Origin: Deltaproteobacteria bacterium
GTDB taxonomy: Bacteria > Desulfobacterota > Desulfobacteria > Desulfobacterales > JAUWMJ01
Direction of reading: 5' to 3'
NCBI GenBank assembly: GCA_030638575.1
Contig: DAOWEJ010000105.1
Location: 1-55,072, forward strand
DNA: 55,072 bases
Each line of letters starts with the position of its first letter. Position 1 is the first letter of the stretch. Below, piece after piece: positions 27,111 to 36,898 of the stretch. A model generated the notes under the pieces. That model worked only from the letters and a program-made list of their open reading frames with translations, was not told where the DNA came from and searched no databases. A program made the position numbers and the translations under genes.

Positions 27111-27332
27111 TTACTTTTTGAATAGTTTTTTACGTCCAAGACCTGCTAAACCAATAAGACCTATGCCAAGCAACATCATTATAGCTGGTTCGGGAATGGT
27201 TGCAGCAGAATTTTTATCCAAAATGTTAATTGTCTTTGAGAGATTGAACGCAAAAACGTGTCCTGTAACTAAAAAATTTATAAAAAATACAGCTAAAATT
27301 GAAAAAATTAAAACAAATGATATCTTTCTCAT
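27111..27332 (-). CDS. Minimal PEP-CTERM sorting-domain protein
   Basis: Signal peptide ending VFA, then IPEPAIMMLLGIGLIGLAGLGRKK. Confidence 0.9.
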   Translation of the reverse strand: MRKISFVLIFSILAVFFINFLVTGHVFAFNLSKTINILDKNSAATIPEPAIMMLLGIGLIGLAGLGRKKLFKK

Positions 27333-27414
27333 AATATTTTTCCTTTAATAAAAAACCAAATTTTGCGATTTGTTAAATTTTAAAAAAATTTTGAGTGAAC
27401 TTATAGATGGTATC

Positions 27415-27431
27415 AGCAAGAGATGTGCCAA
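27415..27431 (-). promoter_or_regulatory. sigma54 promoter for the PEP-CTERM gene
   Basis: Minus strand TTGGCACATCTCTTGCT; GTAATAATTACAC and TGTAATGTTTTTCACA boxes at ~27591-27627. Confidence 0.85.
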
Positions 27432-27635
27432 TTGGGTAAAACAGTGGAGTTGATTTAATATTAATTTTTTTGCTTAAATATTATATTTAATATTAGATAG
27501 TTATTAAGTTACCACTTAAATTTTCTTGAAATAAAATATTTTGCCACTAATTGAATTATAACAATTAAGCCTCGTTATTATGAAAAAAAAGTAATAATTA
27601 CACAGAAACTATGTAATGTTTTTCACAAATTTTTA

Positions 27636-28334
27636 TTAAATATGGGTTTTAGATATTTTAATACTTTGAAGAGCATGAAGAATCGGTTTTACCTTAACCT
27701 TATGTTCAGGTGGTAAAAGTATGGCTTTGATCGGCTGGTTTTTTATCATGACGGTATCTGCAGTTTTTAAAGTTTCTTTTCGATATGATTTGATTTTTAC
27801 TTGTGATTGAACAAAAAGGAGAACGTCTGTAAGATTACCAAAATAACCGTCCTTGTCGACATGTTCTATATACTGTAGAAGCAGATCATTAACTGTCAAA
27901 ACGAACGGATCGATCTCGGCATAACCTCTTTCCATACAACCTATCCTGGAAACAAAACACCTGCACCCAAATGGCCTTACCGGGTATATCGGACATTCGT
28001 TATCCGTTAAAAGTGGGCACGCACCCCTATTTATACCACTATCTTCGTCTGGAACATCCTTTCCCTGCTCACATAGTTCTGCAAGCCGGTTCGTACTCAC
28101 TTTAGGCTGAAAACGCTTTTGACTTGTGGCTTTCCGAACCTTTGCATATAAATCCGATTGTCCGTTCGACTCTAAATATAAAGCAATTTTATATCCTTCA
28201 ATGGTTGTCATTGTAACATTATAAGTGCAGCAGTGCGCACAATATCTCTTGCACGCGATATCAAGCCCTTTGGCAAAATCATTATAAATTTTGTAAATCC
28301 GGTCTAAAATCGCCAGTTTTGTATTAAGATCCAT
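27636..28334 (-). CDS. YkgJ/CxxCxxCC-type Cys-cluster (Zn/Fe-chelating) protein
   Basis: CKRYCAHCC...CPLL..ECPIYPVRPFGCR. Confidence 0.8.
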   Translation of the reverse strand: MDLNTKLAILDRIYKIYNDFAKGLDIACKRYCAHCCTYNVTMTTIEGYKIALYLESNGQSDLYAKVRKATSQKRFQPKVSTNRLAELCEQGKDVPDEDSGINRGACPLLTDNECPIYPVRPFGCRCFVSRIGCMERGYAEIDPFVLTVNDLLLQYIEHVDKDGYFGNLTDVLLFVQSQVKIKSYRKETLKTADTVMIKNQPIKAILLPPEHKVKVKPILHALQSIKISKTHI

Positions 28335-28687
28335 TGGCTGAAAAATACTTGAAATTTATCCTTGTTGATTGAAAAAAAATTAATTATAAGAATAGAGGAT
28401 TGGGTTGATAAATGTCAATATTTGACTTTGTAATTTATTGCTGAATAATGATACTAAACATTTAAATGATAAGGGATTGCATGAACAGCTCATAGCTCAA
28501 AGCTCTCAGGAAAAAAGGATTTTTCATCATTTAATCCCGCTTGCAGCGGGACTATTAACGCATTGCTTTTGTCCAAAAAAAATAGTATATTTCTTAACAA
28601 AATGTTCGAGGTCTGATATTTGACTTTTTAAGCAAAATTAGCCAAATTTTCAAATAGCAAAATTATTCCAGAATAAAAGGAGGTATT

Positions 28688-29239
28688 ATGCCAAGAAAAA
28701 AGGCCCAAAAATTTGAACCCGTGGGGAAAAAAATAAAGAAAGTAAGGATGCAAAAAAAAGTCGGTTTTAACGACCTGGCCAATGAAACCGGTTTTTCCGT
28801 CGATTATATCAAGGATATCGAAGCCGGTAAAGAAATTCCGCCGGTTGGTGCCCTTCTGCAAATTTCAAGGGCCCTGGAGATAGATTCAGGTTTTCTTTTA
28901 AGGGAACAAAAAACGACCCTGAAAAACCGCGTCAAGGCATATACTGAGCGCACGGAAAACTATGCCTATACAACCTTAACTCCAGGAGCTGAAAACAAAC
29001 ATCTTAAAGCCTTTAAGGTTGTTATCGACCCTCTGAAGGATCATAAGGGAGTTGGGTATCAGCATGAAGGAGAGGAATTTGCTTATGTACTGTCAGGAAA
29101 TGTGGAAATCATTGTGGGAGAAAACGTAAACAAGTTAAAAGAGGGAGAATCCCTTCACTTTAACTCGGGAATTCGGCACAAATTAAAAAATGCAGGTAAA
29201 GAAAAAGCAGAACTTATTGTTGTGATATATGGACCATAG
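28688..29239 (+). CDS. XRE-family HTH regulator with cupin domain
   Basis: N-terminal HTH; HEGEEFAYVLSG...HFNSGIRH. Confidence 0.92.
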   Translation: MPRKKAQKFEPVGKKIKKVRMQKKVGFNDLANETGFSVDYIKDIEAGKEIPPVGALLQISRALEIDSGFLLREQKTTLKNRVKAYTERTENYAYTTLTPGAENKHLKAFKVVIDPLKDHKGVGYQHEGEEFAYVLSGNVEIIVGENVNKLKEGESLHFNSGIRHKLKNAGKEKAELIVVIYGP

Positions 29240-29242
29240 CAC

Positions 29243-29320
29243 AGGCTTGGAAGCCTGGAAGCTATGAAGCTAAAAAGCCTATCAGCCTCCCGGCTTCATA
29301 GCCTCCCAGCTTCATAGCTT
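29243..29320. repeat. Empty inverted 8-mer cassette (GGAAGCTW / WAGCTTCC; family K)
   Basis: AGGCTTGGAAGCCTGGAAGCTATGAAGCT then AGCCTCCCGGCTTCATAGCCTCCCAGCTTCATAGCTT, directly followed by the RBS. Confidence 0.85.
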
Positions 29321-29339
29321 TTTTAGGAGGATTTTATTT

Positions 29340-30479
29340 ATGTCGATTAAACTTACAGATGAACAGTTGATGATTCAAACCATGGTCAGAGATTTTGCAA
29401 GGGAAGTCATTGCCCCCACCGCTGCGGAACGTGACAAGACCAAGGAGTTTCCGGCCGAAAATCTGAAACAGCTTGGGGAACTTGGATTTATGGGTATGAT
29501 GGTTCCGCCGGAATATAACGGTTCAGGAGCAGATACCATCAGTTATGTCCTTGCCCTTTCCGAGGTTGCTTATGCCTGCGCTTCAACTGCCGTAGTGATG
29601 TCCGTACATAATTCCATCGTTTGCGAAAGTATCCTTCGATACGGCACGGAAGATCAGAAACAGCGATTCTTAAAACCTCTCGCAACCGGAGAAATAATCG
29701 GTGCCTTTGCCCTGACCGAACCTAATGCGGGTTCGGATCCGGTGCGGCAGACCACCAAGGCCGTCCGGGACGGAGACAGTTATATTTTAAACGGAACCAA
29801 GCGCTTTATTACAACAGGAAAGAATGCAGGTGTTATCATCGTAACGGTAAAAACGGATGAGGCCAAACGCCACAAGGGAATCAGTGCATTCTTGGTTAAA
29901 AAAGATACACCCGGCCTTTCCGTGGGACCCCTTGAAGATAAAATGGGCCTTCGTGGTTCTGATACCGTGGATCTGCTTTTCGAAGACTGCCGTGTATCTG
30001 CAAAAGACATGCTGGGAGAGGAAGGGGAAGGGTTTAAAATAGCCATGACAGGTCTTGACGGAGGCCGCATCGGCATTGCAGCTCAGTCAGTAGGTGTTGC
30101 GCAGGCGGCTTTTGATGCCGCTGTCCAATATGCCAAGGAAAGAGAGCAGTTCGGTCAATCTATTTCCAGGTTTCAGGGCCTGCGCTGGATAATTGCAGAC
30201 ATGGCTGTAGAAATTGAGGCGGCCCGGCAATTGATGATGTCCGCTTCTGCAATGAAAGACAGGGGAGAAAACTATACCGCCCAGGCCTCAATGGCAAAAC
30301 TTTTTTCTTCTGAAATGGTCAACAGGGTTACCGCAAAGGCTCTTCAAATCCACGGTGGTTACGGCTACATCAAGGAATATCCTGTTGAACGTTACTACAG
30401 AGATGCAAGGGTCTTTACGATCTACGAGGGCACTTCGGAAATCCAGAGAATTGTTATTTCCAATCATGTTTTCAGATAA
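29340..30479 (+). CDS. Acyl-CoA dehydrogenase (butyryl-CoA/short-chain type)
   Basis: ALTEPNAGSD, GTKRFIT, QIHGGYGY, IYEGTSEIQR. Confidence 0.95.
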   Translation: MSIKLTDEQLMIQTMVRDFAREVIAPTAAERDKTKEFPAENLKQLGELGFMGMMVPPEYNGSGADTISYVLALSEVAYACASTAVVMSVHNSIVCESILRYGTEDQKQRFLKPLATGEIIGAFALTEPNAGSDPVRQTTKAVRDGDSYILNGTKRFITTGKNAGVIIVTVKTDEAKRHKGISAFLVKKDTPGLSVGPLEDKMGLRGSDTVDLLFEDCRVSAKDMLGEEGEGFKIAMTGLDGGRIGIAAQSVGVAQAAFDAAVQYAKEREQFGQSISRFQGLRWIIADMAVEIEAARQLMMSASAMKDRGENYTAQASMAKLFSSEMVNRVTAKALQIHGGYGYIKEYPVERYYRDARVFTIYEGTSEIQRIVISNHVFR

Positions 30480-30508
30480 ACGGAATCTGTAAAATATCCG
30501 GAACTATC

Positions 30509-30866
30509 TATTTAAATGAGGGGTCGGGGAGTTTTTCCTCAAAGGCTTTTTTTAGTGAACCGTTTGTGTTTTAATGATTGTCAACGGTTCGTCTGGGGAA
30601 TAGCCTATTAGCCCGTAAAAACCTTAACAAATGTGAACAGTCCCCTGTACACGCCCCCTATCTTCTGCGCTAAGTCCGTACAGGCAGAAAAGATCATCGC
30701 CGTCGTGGGAATCTGTCTTCTGGGGCTGGCTCAAATCTAATTTAAGCGAGATAGCTGCCGTACGACAGTTCCTCGATTTTATTGTTAAGGTTTTTACGGG
30801 CTAATAGGCTATTCCCCAGACGAACAGAGCAGAGATCGAAAAACTCCTCGACTCCTCATTTAAATA
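30509..30866. mobile_element. Nested inverted-repeat element (MITE within MITE)
   Basis: Outer 29-bp IR 30509-30537 / 30838-30866 (2 mismatches); inner perfect 44-bp IR 30587-30630 / 30782-30825. Confidence 0.8.
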
Positions 30867-30961
30867 AAAGTATAAATTTGGATTATTAAAAACATGCTCA
30901 AATGAGCATTCAGGTGATCCGGTTTTAAAGAGGGGCGCTGTTTGAATGTAAGGAGTATGCC

Positions 30962-31708
30962 ATGAAAGTAATTTTTCACGACGATTTTTACCAGGTTTAT
31001 ACATCCGATCCTGCCGCTGAAAGGGGCAGAATGGAAGCCATTATGGACGTGATTGAATCGGAAGTCGATTTATTAGAAGCCAGGCCCGCATCCGAAGAAG
31101 ACATTACCGCGGTACACACAGAAGACCATATAAACGACGTACAACAAAGCGGCCTGTACTCCATCGCCGTCCTGGCTGCAGGAGGAGCAGTCCAGGCGGC
31201 TGAGATCGGATTAACCGAACCGTGTTTCGGACTTATTCGCCCGCCGGGCCACCATGCTTCCGCAAGTGCATCGTGGGGGTTCTGTTATTTCAATAACATG
31301 GCCATCGCTCTCGAAGCCTTAAAACACAAGGGAAAAATCGAAACCGCCTGTGTGCTGGATATAGACATGCATTATGGTGACGGCACAGTCAATATTTTAG
31401 GGGATAGAAGTGATGTTGAAATTTATAATGGGGCCACTAGAGATCGCGAGGTCTACATGGATGAAGTAACTTTGGAAATGGAAAATTGCCAGGCTGATAT
31501 TATCGGAATATCCGCAGGCTTTGACTATCATATAAATGACTGGGGCGGGGTGCTCAGTACGAAGGATTATTTCGACATCGGCCTTAAAGTTCGCAAAGCA
31601 GCCATCAGAAACAAAGGAGGATGTTTCGGTATTCTCGAAGGCGGATATAACCATAAAGTTTTAGGCAAAAATGTACTTGCCCTGATTCAGGGGATGGAAA
31701 GCCAGTAA
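30962..31708 (+). CDS. Histone deacetylase family protein
   Basis: RPPGHH, GFCYFNN, DIDMHYGDGT, SAGFD, LEGGY. Confidence 0.95.
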   Translation: MKVIFHDDFYQVYTSDPAAERGRMEAIMDVIESEVDLLEARPASEEDITAVHTEDHINDVQQSGLYSIAVLAAGGAVQAAEIGLTEPCFGLIRPPGHHASASASWGFCYFNNMAIALEALKHKGKIETACVLDIDMHYGDGTVNILGDRSDVEIYNGATRDREVYMDEVTLEMENCQADIIGISAGFDYHINDWGGVLSTKDYFDIGLKVRKAAIRNKGGCFGILEGGYNHKVLGKNVLALIQGMESQ

Positions 31709-31808
31709 GCTGGAAAGCTGATAGCGGAGGAAGCTGGGAAGATAGAAGGTTAGGAAGCTAAAAAACTTCTCAGCCTCCTGGCTTCATAGCTTCCCAGCTT
31801 CATAGCTT
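31696..31808. repeat. Empty inverted 8-mer cassette (family K)
   Basis: Same layout as 29243-29320, also ending GCTTCATAGCTTTTTTAGGAGG. Confidence 0.85.
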
Positions 31809-31825
31809 TTTTAGGAGGTATTCTA

Positions 31826-32407
31826 ATGAGTTCAAAAGTTCCAACCAGAGAAGAAGCATACAATCTTTTAACTGAATATAATAAAAGTGATAGTCTTATA
31901 AAGCATGCCTTAGCGGTAGAAGGTGTTATGCGTTATATTGCCCGTAAGCTCGGAGAAGACGAAGAAAAATGGGGAGTCATAGGCCTTATCCATGACCTCG
32001 ATTATGAAAAGTTCCCGGAGCAGCACTGCCGCAAGACTGAAGAAATTCTAAAGGAAAACGACTGGCCGGAAGAATACATAAGAGCTGTGATAAGCCACGG
32101 TTGGGGAATTTGCATTGATGTTGAGCCCAAAACAAAGCTGGAAAAGACACTTTATGCGATTGATGAGCTCACCGGGCTTGTGGTTACAAATGCTCTGGTT
32201 CGCCCTTCCAAAAGCGTTTTGGATATGAAAGCAAAATCTGTAAAGAAAAAATTCAAGGACAAAAGATTTGCAGCCGGTGTCGACAGATCCGTTATTGAAA
32301 AAGGCGCCAAGATGTTAGGGGTAGAACTGACCGATCTGATTACCGATACCATTATGGGCATGCGGGAAGTAGCCGATCAAATCGGCCTGAAAGGGACAGT
32401 AGGATAG
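31826..32407 (+). CDS. HD/HDIG-domain metal-dependent phosphohydrolase
   Basis: KHALAVE, GLIHDLDYE, SHG, DEL, FAAGVDR. Confidence 0.9.
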   Translation: MSSKVPTREEAYNLLTEYNKSDSLIKHALAVEGVMRYIARKLGEDEEKWGVIGLIHDLDYEKFPEQHCRKTEEILKENDWPEEYIRAVISHGWGICIDVEPKTKLEKTLYAIDELTGLVVTNALVRPSKSVLDMKAKSVKKKFKDKRFAAGVDRSVIEKGAKMLGVELTDLITDTIMGMREVADQIGLKGTVG

Positions 32408-32477
32408 GGGGCGAGAAAGCTCTTAGCTCAAAGCTGATATCTCATAGTTAATAGAGTAAGGGCCGGGAAGGGATCAA

Positions 32478-33311
32478 TTATAATTTTGTGAAATTCTGTG
32501 CTATTCCGTGATAATTTTTTAACGTTGCTGCTTTGTATTTTCGAACCTGGTCGGCTATAATTAAAGCCATATCAGGATTATCCAGATTATCCTCGATGAT
32601 CCGCTCGAAAGCGCTGCCTATCACCACCCCGTCTGCAACAGATGCTATTGCCGCCACATCGTTCACCGTGGAAATACCGAACCCTACACAAACCGGTAGA
32701 TAGGTTACACGGCGAAGAGAATCTATCTGCAAACCTATGCTTTCCGTCTTCAGCCCACTGCTGCCGGTAACGCCGGTCTTGGAAACAAGATAAATAAAAC
32801 CACTTGCATCTTCTGTTATTTTCGACATCCGTTCTTCAGACGTAGTTGGTGCAATCAAACGTATCAGTGCCAAGTCGGAGCCGGACCACCTCCCTGTCAT
32901 TTCCTCTGACTCTTCGGGGGGCAGATCAACTACTAAAACACCATCAGCACCGGCTGCGAGAGCATCCCCATAAAATTTTCCTGTACCGTAAGCATATATA
33001 GGATTGTAGTAACTGAAAAGAATTATCGGGATTTGTGTTTCTTCCCTAAGCTTTCGGGTCATTGAAAGAACTTCCTTTAGACTTACTCCCTTCGAAAGCG
33101 CCCTTGCCGATGACCTCTGAATTACCGGGCCGTCGGCCGTGGGGTCTGAAAACGGAACTCCCAGTTCCAGAACATCCAAACCTGCCCTGCACATTGATGT
33201 AACTATGTTCAAAGATTCCGGTATGTCAGGATCACCCGCCGTTACAAAACCCACCAGCGCTTTTTCACCTCTTTTTTTTAATTCTTCAAATGCTATATCT
33301 ATACGGTTCAT
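32478..33311 (-). CDS. trpA: Tryptophan synthase alpha chain
   Basis: ELGVPFSDPTADGPVIQ, GVTG, VGFGIS. Confidence 0.97.
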   Translation of the reverse strand: MNRIDIAFEELKKRGEKALVGFVTAGDPDIPESLNIVTSMCRAGLDVLELGVPFSDPTADGPVIQRSSARALSKGVSLKEVLSMTRKLREETQIPIILFSYYNPIYAYGTGKFYGDALAAGADGVLVVDLPPEESEEMTGRWSGSDLALIRLIAPTTSEERMSKITEDASGFIYLVSKTGVTGSSGLKTESIGLQIDSLRRVTYLPVCVGFGISTVNDVAAIASVADGVVIGSAFERIIEDNLDNPDMALIIADQVRKYKAATLKNYHGIAQNFTKL

Positions 33312-33441
33312 GATCTTTTATTCTCCATTTACGGCTTTATAAATCCATCAAAGGAGGACTCAGTTGCCGTATGATGTTAAATTTACTATTGCTTAATCGA
33401 CACCAAATATCATTAACTTAGATAGAAAGTCTCTCTATCAA

Positions 33442-33627
33442 GGCGCGAAAGGGATATTTATTTTCAGCGGTATCTTACACAACTGGCATCATTTTTCGCA
33501 GTATCCGGATATTGGAGGTTGACTGCTCTGAATAATTCACCGGTTAAAATCAAGTCCAACCTTCAATATCTGGATACGCTAGTCAAAATTAAATGATAAC
33601 GTTGAAAAGAAATATTCCTTTTGCGCC
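33442..33627. mobile_element. Long imperfect palindromic element between trpB and trpA
   Basis: GGCGCGAAAGGGATATTT... / ...AAATATTCCTTTTGCGCC outer arms; inner GTATCCGGATATTGGAGGTTG / CAACCTTCAATATCTGGATAC arms. Confidence 0.65.
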
Positions 33628-33662
33628 ATACTCATATCTAAAAAGAATGACATTTAGCGTCA

Positions 33663-34901
33663 CTATAATAAACCATCTTTGTTTTGATGAGAAAAAACAA
33701 TTCCAAGATCCTTATCTCCCCTTCCTGAAAGATTAATGACGATAACCTCGCTGCCTGGCCGTGTGCATGCATAATCAGCGGCCCATGCAACTGCATGGGA
33801 ACTTTCAAGTGCCGGAATAATCCCTTCAAAGGAACAAAGGGTGTAAAACGCTTTAAGGGCCTGGTTATCATCCACCGATACGTATCGGACTCTTTTTGAA
33901 TCCTTAAATAATGCATGTTCCGGTCCGACACCCGGGTAATCGAGACCTGCTGAAATCGAATGAGCTTCTTTGATTTGACCCTTTTCATCCTGGAGCACAT
34001 ATGATTTTGACCCGTGAAGTACTCCAATAGAACCTTCTGAAAGAGTGGCGGCATGTTTTCCACTCTTTATCCCTGTTCCCGCAGCCTCCACTCCAACCAT
34101 TTCCACAGGATCATCCATAAAGGAGTAAAAAAGCCCCATGGCATTACTTCCACCGCCCACGCAGGCAACAAGCATATCCGGCAGTTTTCCCGTGAATTCA
34201 ATAATCTGCTTTCTTGTTTCCTCACCTATCACCTTTTGAAAATCACGAACCATGACTGGATAAGGGTGGGGACCTGCAACCGATCCTATTACATAAAACG
34301 TATCCATCACCGCTCCGACCCAGTAACGCATGGCCTCATTCATTGCATCTTTAAGCGTTCCTGTTCCCGAAACTACTTTTATAACCTCAGCTCCGAGCAG
34401 TTCCATCCGCTGAACATTCGCCGCCTGCCGGCGGATGTCTTCTTCCCCCATGAAAATGCGGCATCCCATCCCGAAAAGTGCAGCTACCGTCGCTGTAGCA
34501 ACGCCGTGCTGCCCCGCGCCGGTCTCGGCTATCAATTTTTTCTTTCCCATCCAGCGGGCGAGAAGCGCCTGCCCAAGTGTGTTGTTAATTTTGTGAGCAC
34601 CGGTATGGGCAAGATCTTCCCTCTTTAAATAGATCGATGCCCCTTTAAGATGATCGCTAAGCCGTTTTGCATGAAAAAGGGGAGTCGGCCGGCCCGCATA
34701 ATTTTGGAGCAAAGCATAAAATTCATTTTGAAAAGCTTTGTCCGGTAAAAACTTTTTATAGGCTTCTTCCAGGTCCAGAAGCGCGGGCATGAGAGTTTCC
34801 CCGACATACCGTCCGCCATAAGCCCCAAAATGGCCTTTTGAATCGGGTACTACACTTTCCATGTATGTTCCGCTTTCCTCGGAATAGCTTTTGTTTTGCA
34901 T
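33663..34901 (-). CDS. trpB: Tryptophan synthase beta chain (C-terminal part of the 643-aa trpF-trpB ORF; has its own RBS and ATG)
   Basis: [37 protein letters not shown]; AGGAG upstream of ATG 34901. Confidence 0.93.
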   Translation of the reverse strand: MQNKSYSEESGTYMESVVPDSKGHFGAYGGRYVGETLMPALLDLEEAYKKFLPDKAFQNEFYALLQNYAGRPTPLFHAKRLSDHLKGASIYLKREDLAHTGAHKINNTLGQALLARWMGKKKLIAETGAGQHGVATATVAALFGMGCRIFMGEEDIRRQAANVQRMELLGAEVIKVVSGTGTLKDAMNEAMRYWVGAVMDTFYVIGSVAGPHPYPVMVRDFQKVIGEETRKQIIEFTGKLPDMLVACVGGGSNAMGLFYSFMDDPVEMVGVEAAGTGIKSGKHAATLSEGSIGVLHGSKSYVLQDEKGQIKEAHSISAGLDYPGVGPEHALFKDSKRVRYVSVDDNQALKAFYTLCSFEGIIPALESSHAVAWAADYACTRPGSEVIVINLSGRGDKDLGIVFSHQNKDGLL

Positions 34902-35594
34902 TAAAAAAATTCTCCTTGTTTTCCTTTTTCGATTACACCTTGAAACAGCCTTAATAAAAGCCTCAACTTTACTAATATCCTTTCGACCCGGACCAAATTC
35001 AACACCGGAACTTACATCCACAGCATCCGGAGTACTTTTTAAAATAGCCTTGCCAACATTTTCAGGGTTCAGCCCGCCGGCAAGGATTACCTGATGGTTT
35101 TTCACCAAAAACCGTGCATTTTCCCAGTTCCAGGAAAGCGCATTACCGCCCGGAAGCACCCCGCCGCCACACTCCACTAAAAACGCCGAAGGCTCATAAT
35201 ATATTGCGCTGTCAAAGGTCGGTACTGAGTTAACAAATAATGTTTTGATCACCGTAATATTCTCTTTGCGAAGACGGCGAACAAGTTGGGGCGATTCCCT
35301 GCCGTGTAGCTGTACCGCCTTAAGAAAACAGTGCTGTACCTTTTCCATGATAAAAGAAAAAGACTCGTTTACAAAAACGCCCACGGTTACGGCCTTAGAA
35401 GAAATCGCCAGGCATATATCTCTGGCCTCATCATCAGTTACATGCCTGGGGCTTTTCGGATAAAACACGCAACCTATTGCATCTGCTCCCAGTGCAATAC
35501 ATTCCAACGCATTTTCAACTCTCTTAAGCCCGCACACCTTGACCTGAGGGGTGTGGGTATTGTCCGTTGTTTGTTGTTTTTTGTAATTTTGCAT
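34902..35594 (-). CDS. trpF: Phosphoribosylanthranilate isomerase (reads in frame into trpB in this assembly)
   Basis: VKVCGL, KSPR, VGVFVN, QLHG, LAGGL, DVSSGVE. Confidence 0.92.
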
Positions 35595-35620
35595 ATGCCT
35601 AAACCTTATAAAAAAAAAGC

Positions 35621-35775
35621 CGAGCGCTTCGCTTTAAGAGCACTACGTTCGAAGAGCGCTTCGCTTGAGGATTAAGGCTTTAGCCTCAAGGACGTCAGTC
35701 CGCTCTTCAAGGACGCAAGTCCGCTCTTCAAGGACGCAAGTCCGCTCTTCAAGGACGCAAGTCCGCTCTTCAAGG
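35621..35775. repeat. Inverted hairpin-studded arrays including a 4.3x 21-bp tandem repeat
   Basis: TCAAGGACGCAAGTCCGCTCT units at 35686, 35707, 35728 and 35749; AAGAGC+GCTTCGCT-type units at 35621-35669. Confidence 0.9.
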
Positions 35776-35841
35776 CTTTTAGCCGCTCAGTAATTGCGTA
35801 GGTCGATTTCTTCAAATAATTTTTTGCCACAAAACGCACAA

Positions 35842-36627
35842 CTAAGCGCCTAAAAGAAACTGCAAAAAAGCCCTTGCATCCGGCGCTCTTACAAGGCTTT
35901 CACCAACCAGAAAATTCCAGATCCCGGCTTCCCGTAGTTTTTCAATGTCTTGGCGTCCCTTGATTCCGCTTTCCGCCACAGCTACCTGACCTTGATTAAG
36001 AATAGAAACCAGCTTGGCAGATGTTTCAACGTTCGTCTTAAAAGAACTCAAATTCCTGTTGTTGATCCCGATAAGCCTTGCGCCTGCTAAGGTAGCTGTC
36101 TCAATATCCTTTTCAGAATGTGTTTCCACCAGAACGTCCATGCCGATTTCTATGCAAAGATCCATATAATCTTTAAGCTGCTGTTGGGAAAGAATTCGCA
36201 CAATAAGGAGCAAAGCATCAGCTCCAATTACTGAAGATTCGTAAATCTGGTACGAAGATATCAAAAAATCTTTACGAAGCACCGGAATTGAAACAGATTT
36301 TCTTGCCTTTTTAAGGTCTTCAATACTTCCACTGAAATAGCGCCTGTCCGTTAAAACCGACAGGGCGCTTGCACCGCCCAGCTCGTAGTCAGAAGCATAT
36401 TTTGCCACGTCCAGATCAGGTCGAATAATTCCCCTGGACGGAGAAGCACGCTTGATTTCAGCAATCACGTTCACCCCAAACGGTCCTGGTTCCAAAAGCT
36501 GTTTTACAAATGGGCGCCTTTTCTTCGGGTAGAATACCTGATCGCGCAGTTCATTTTCAGGCAGCCGATTTTTAGCCTTTGCGATTTCCTGTTTTTTATA
36601 CTCAACGATCTGTTGTAAAATATTCAT
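35842..36627 (-). CDS. trpC: Indole-3-glycerol phosphate synthase
   Basis: IAEIKRASPS, SVLTD, LRKDF, GINNRNL, ESGI. Confidence 0.97.
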   Translation of the reverse strand: MNILQQIVEYKKQEIAKAKNRLPENELRDQVFYPKKRRPFVKQLLEPGPFGVNVIAEIKRASPSRGIIRPDLDVAKYASDYELGGASALSVLTDRRYFSGSIEDLKKARKSVSIPVLRKDFLISSYQIYESSVIGADALLLIVRILSQQQLKDYMDLCIEIGMDVLVETHSEKDIETATLAGARLIGINNRNLSSFKTNVETSAKLVSILNQGQVAVAESGIKGRQDIEKLREAGIWNFLVGESLVRAPDARAFLQFLLGA

Positions 36628-36654
36628 TCTATATATCGAGCCAATTTCAAAAGA

Positions 36655-36861
36655 GCATTCAGGTGATCCGGTTTTAAGGCGGGTCGCTGTTTGAAGGTAT
36701 TAGTAAGCGTTAAGAAAGAACAACAAACAAGCACATTTTATATGCAAGGCAAATAATATGTTCGTTTAGCAACGCTTTTTATAAAAGGATTGCACCTGTT
36801 CTTTCTTTACGCTTACTTTTGCCTGAGTTCGACACGTCCTAAAACCGGATTATCTGAATGC
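36655..36861. mobile_element. Palindromic MITE-like element between trpD and trpC
   Basis: GCATTCAGGTGATCCGGTTTTA / TAAAACCGGATTATCTGAATGC (20/22), inner IR ~36702-36722 / ~36797-36817; left end repeated at ~30904-30946. Confidence 0.75.
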
Positions 36862-36898
36862 GGCTTTGTTTAAAAGAGCTAAAATATTATCATTCTCT

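Noticed and set aside
35686-35775. Possible CRISPR array
   Set aside because: The 21-bp units are directly adjacent with no unique spacers, and there are no cas genes.
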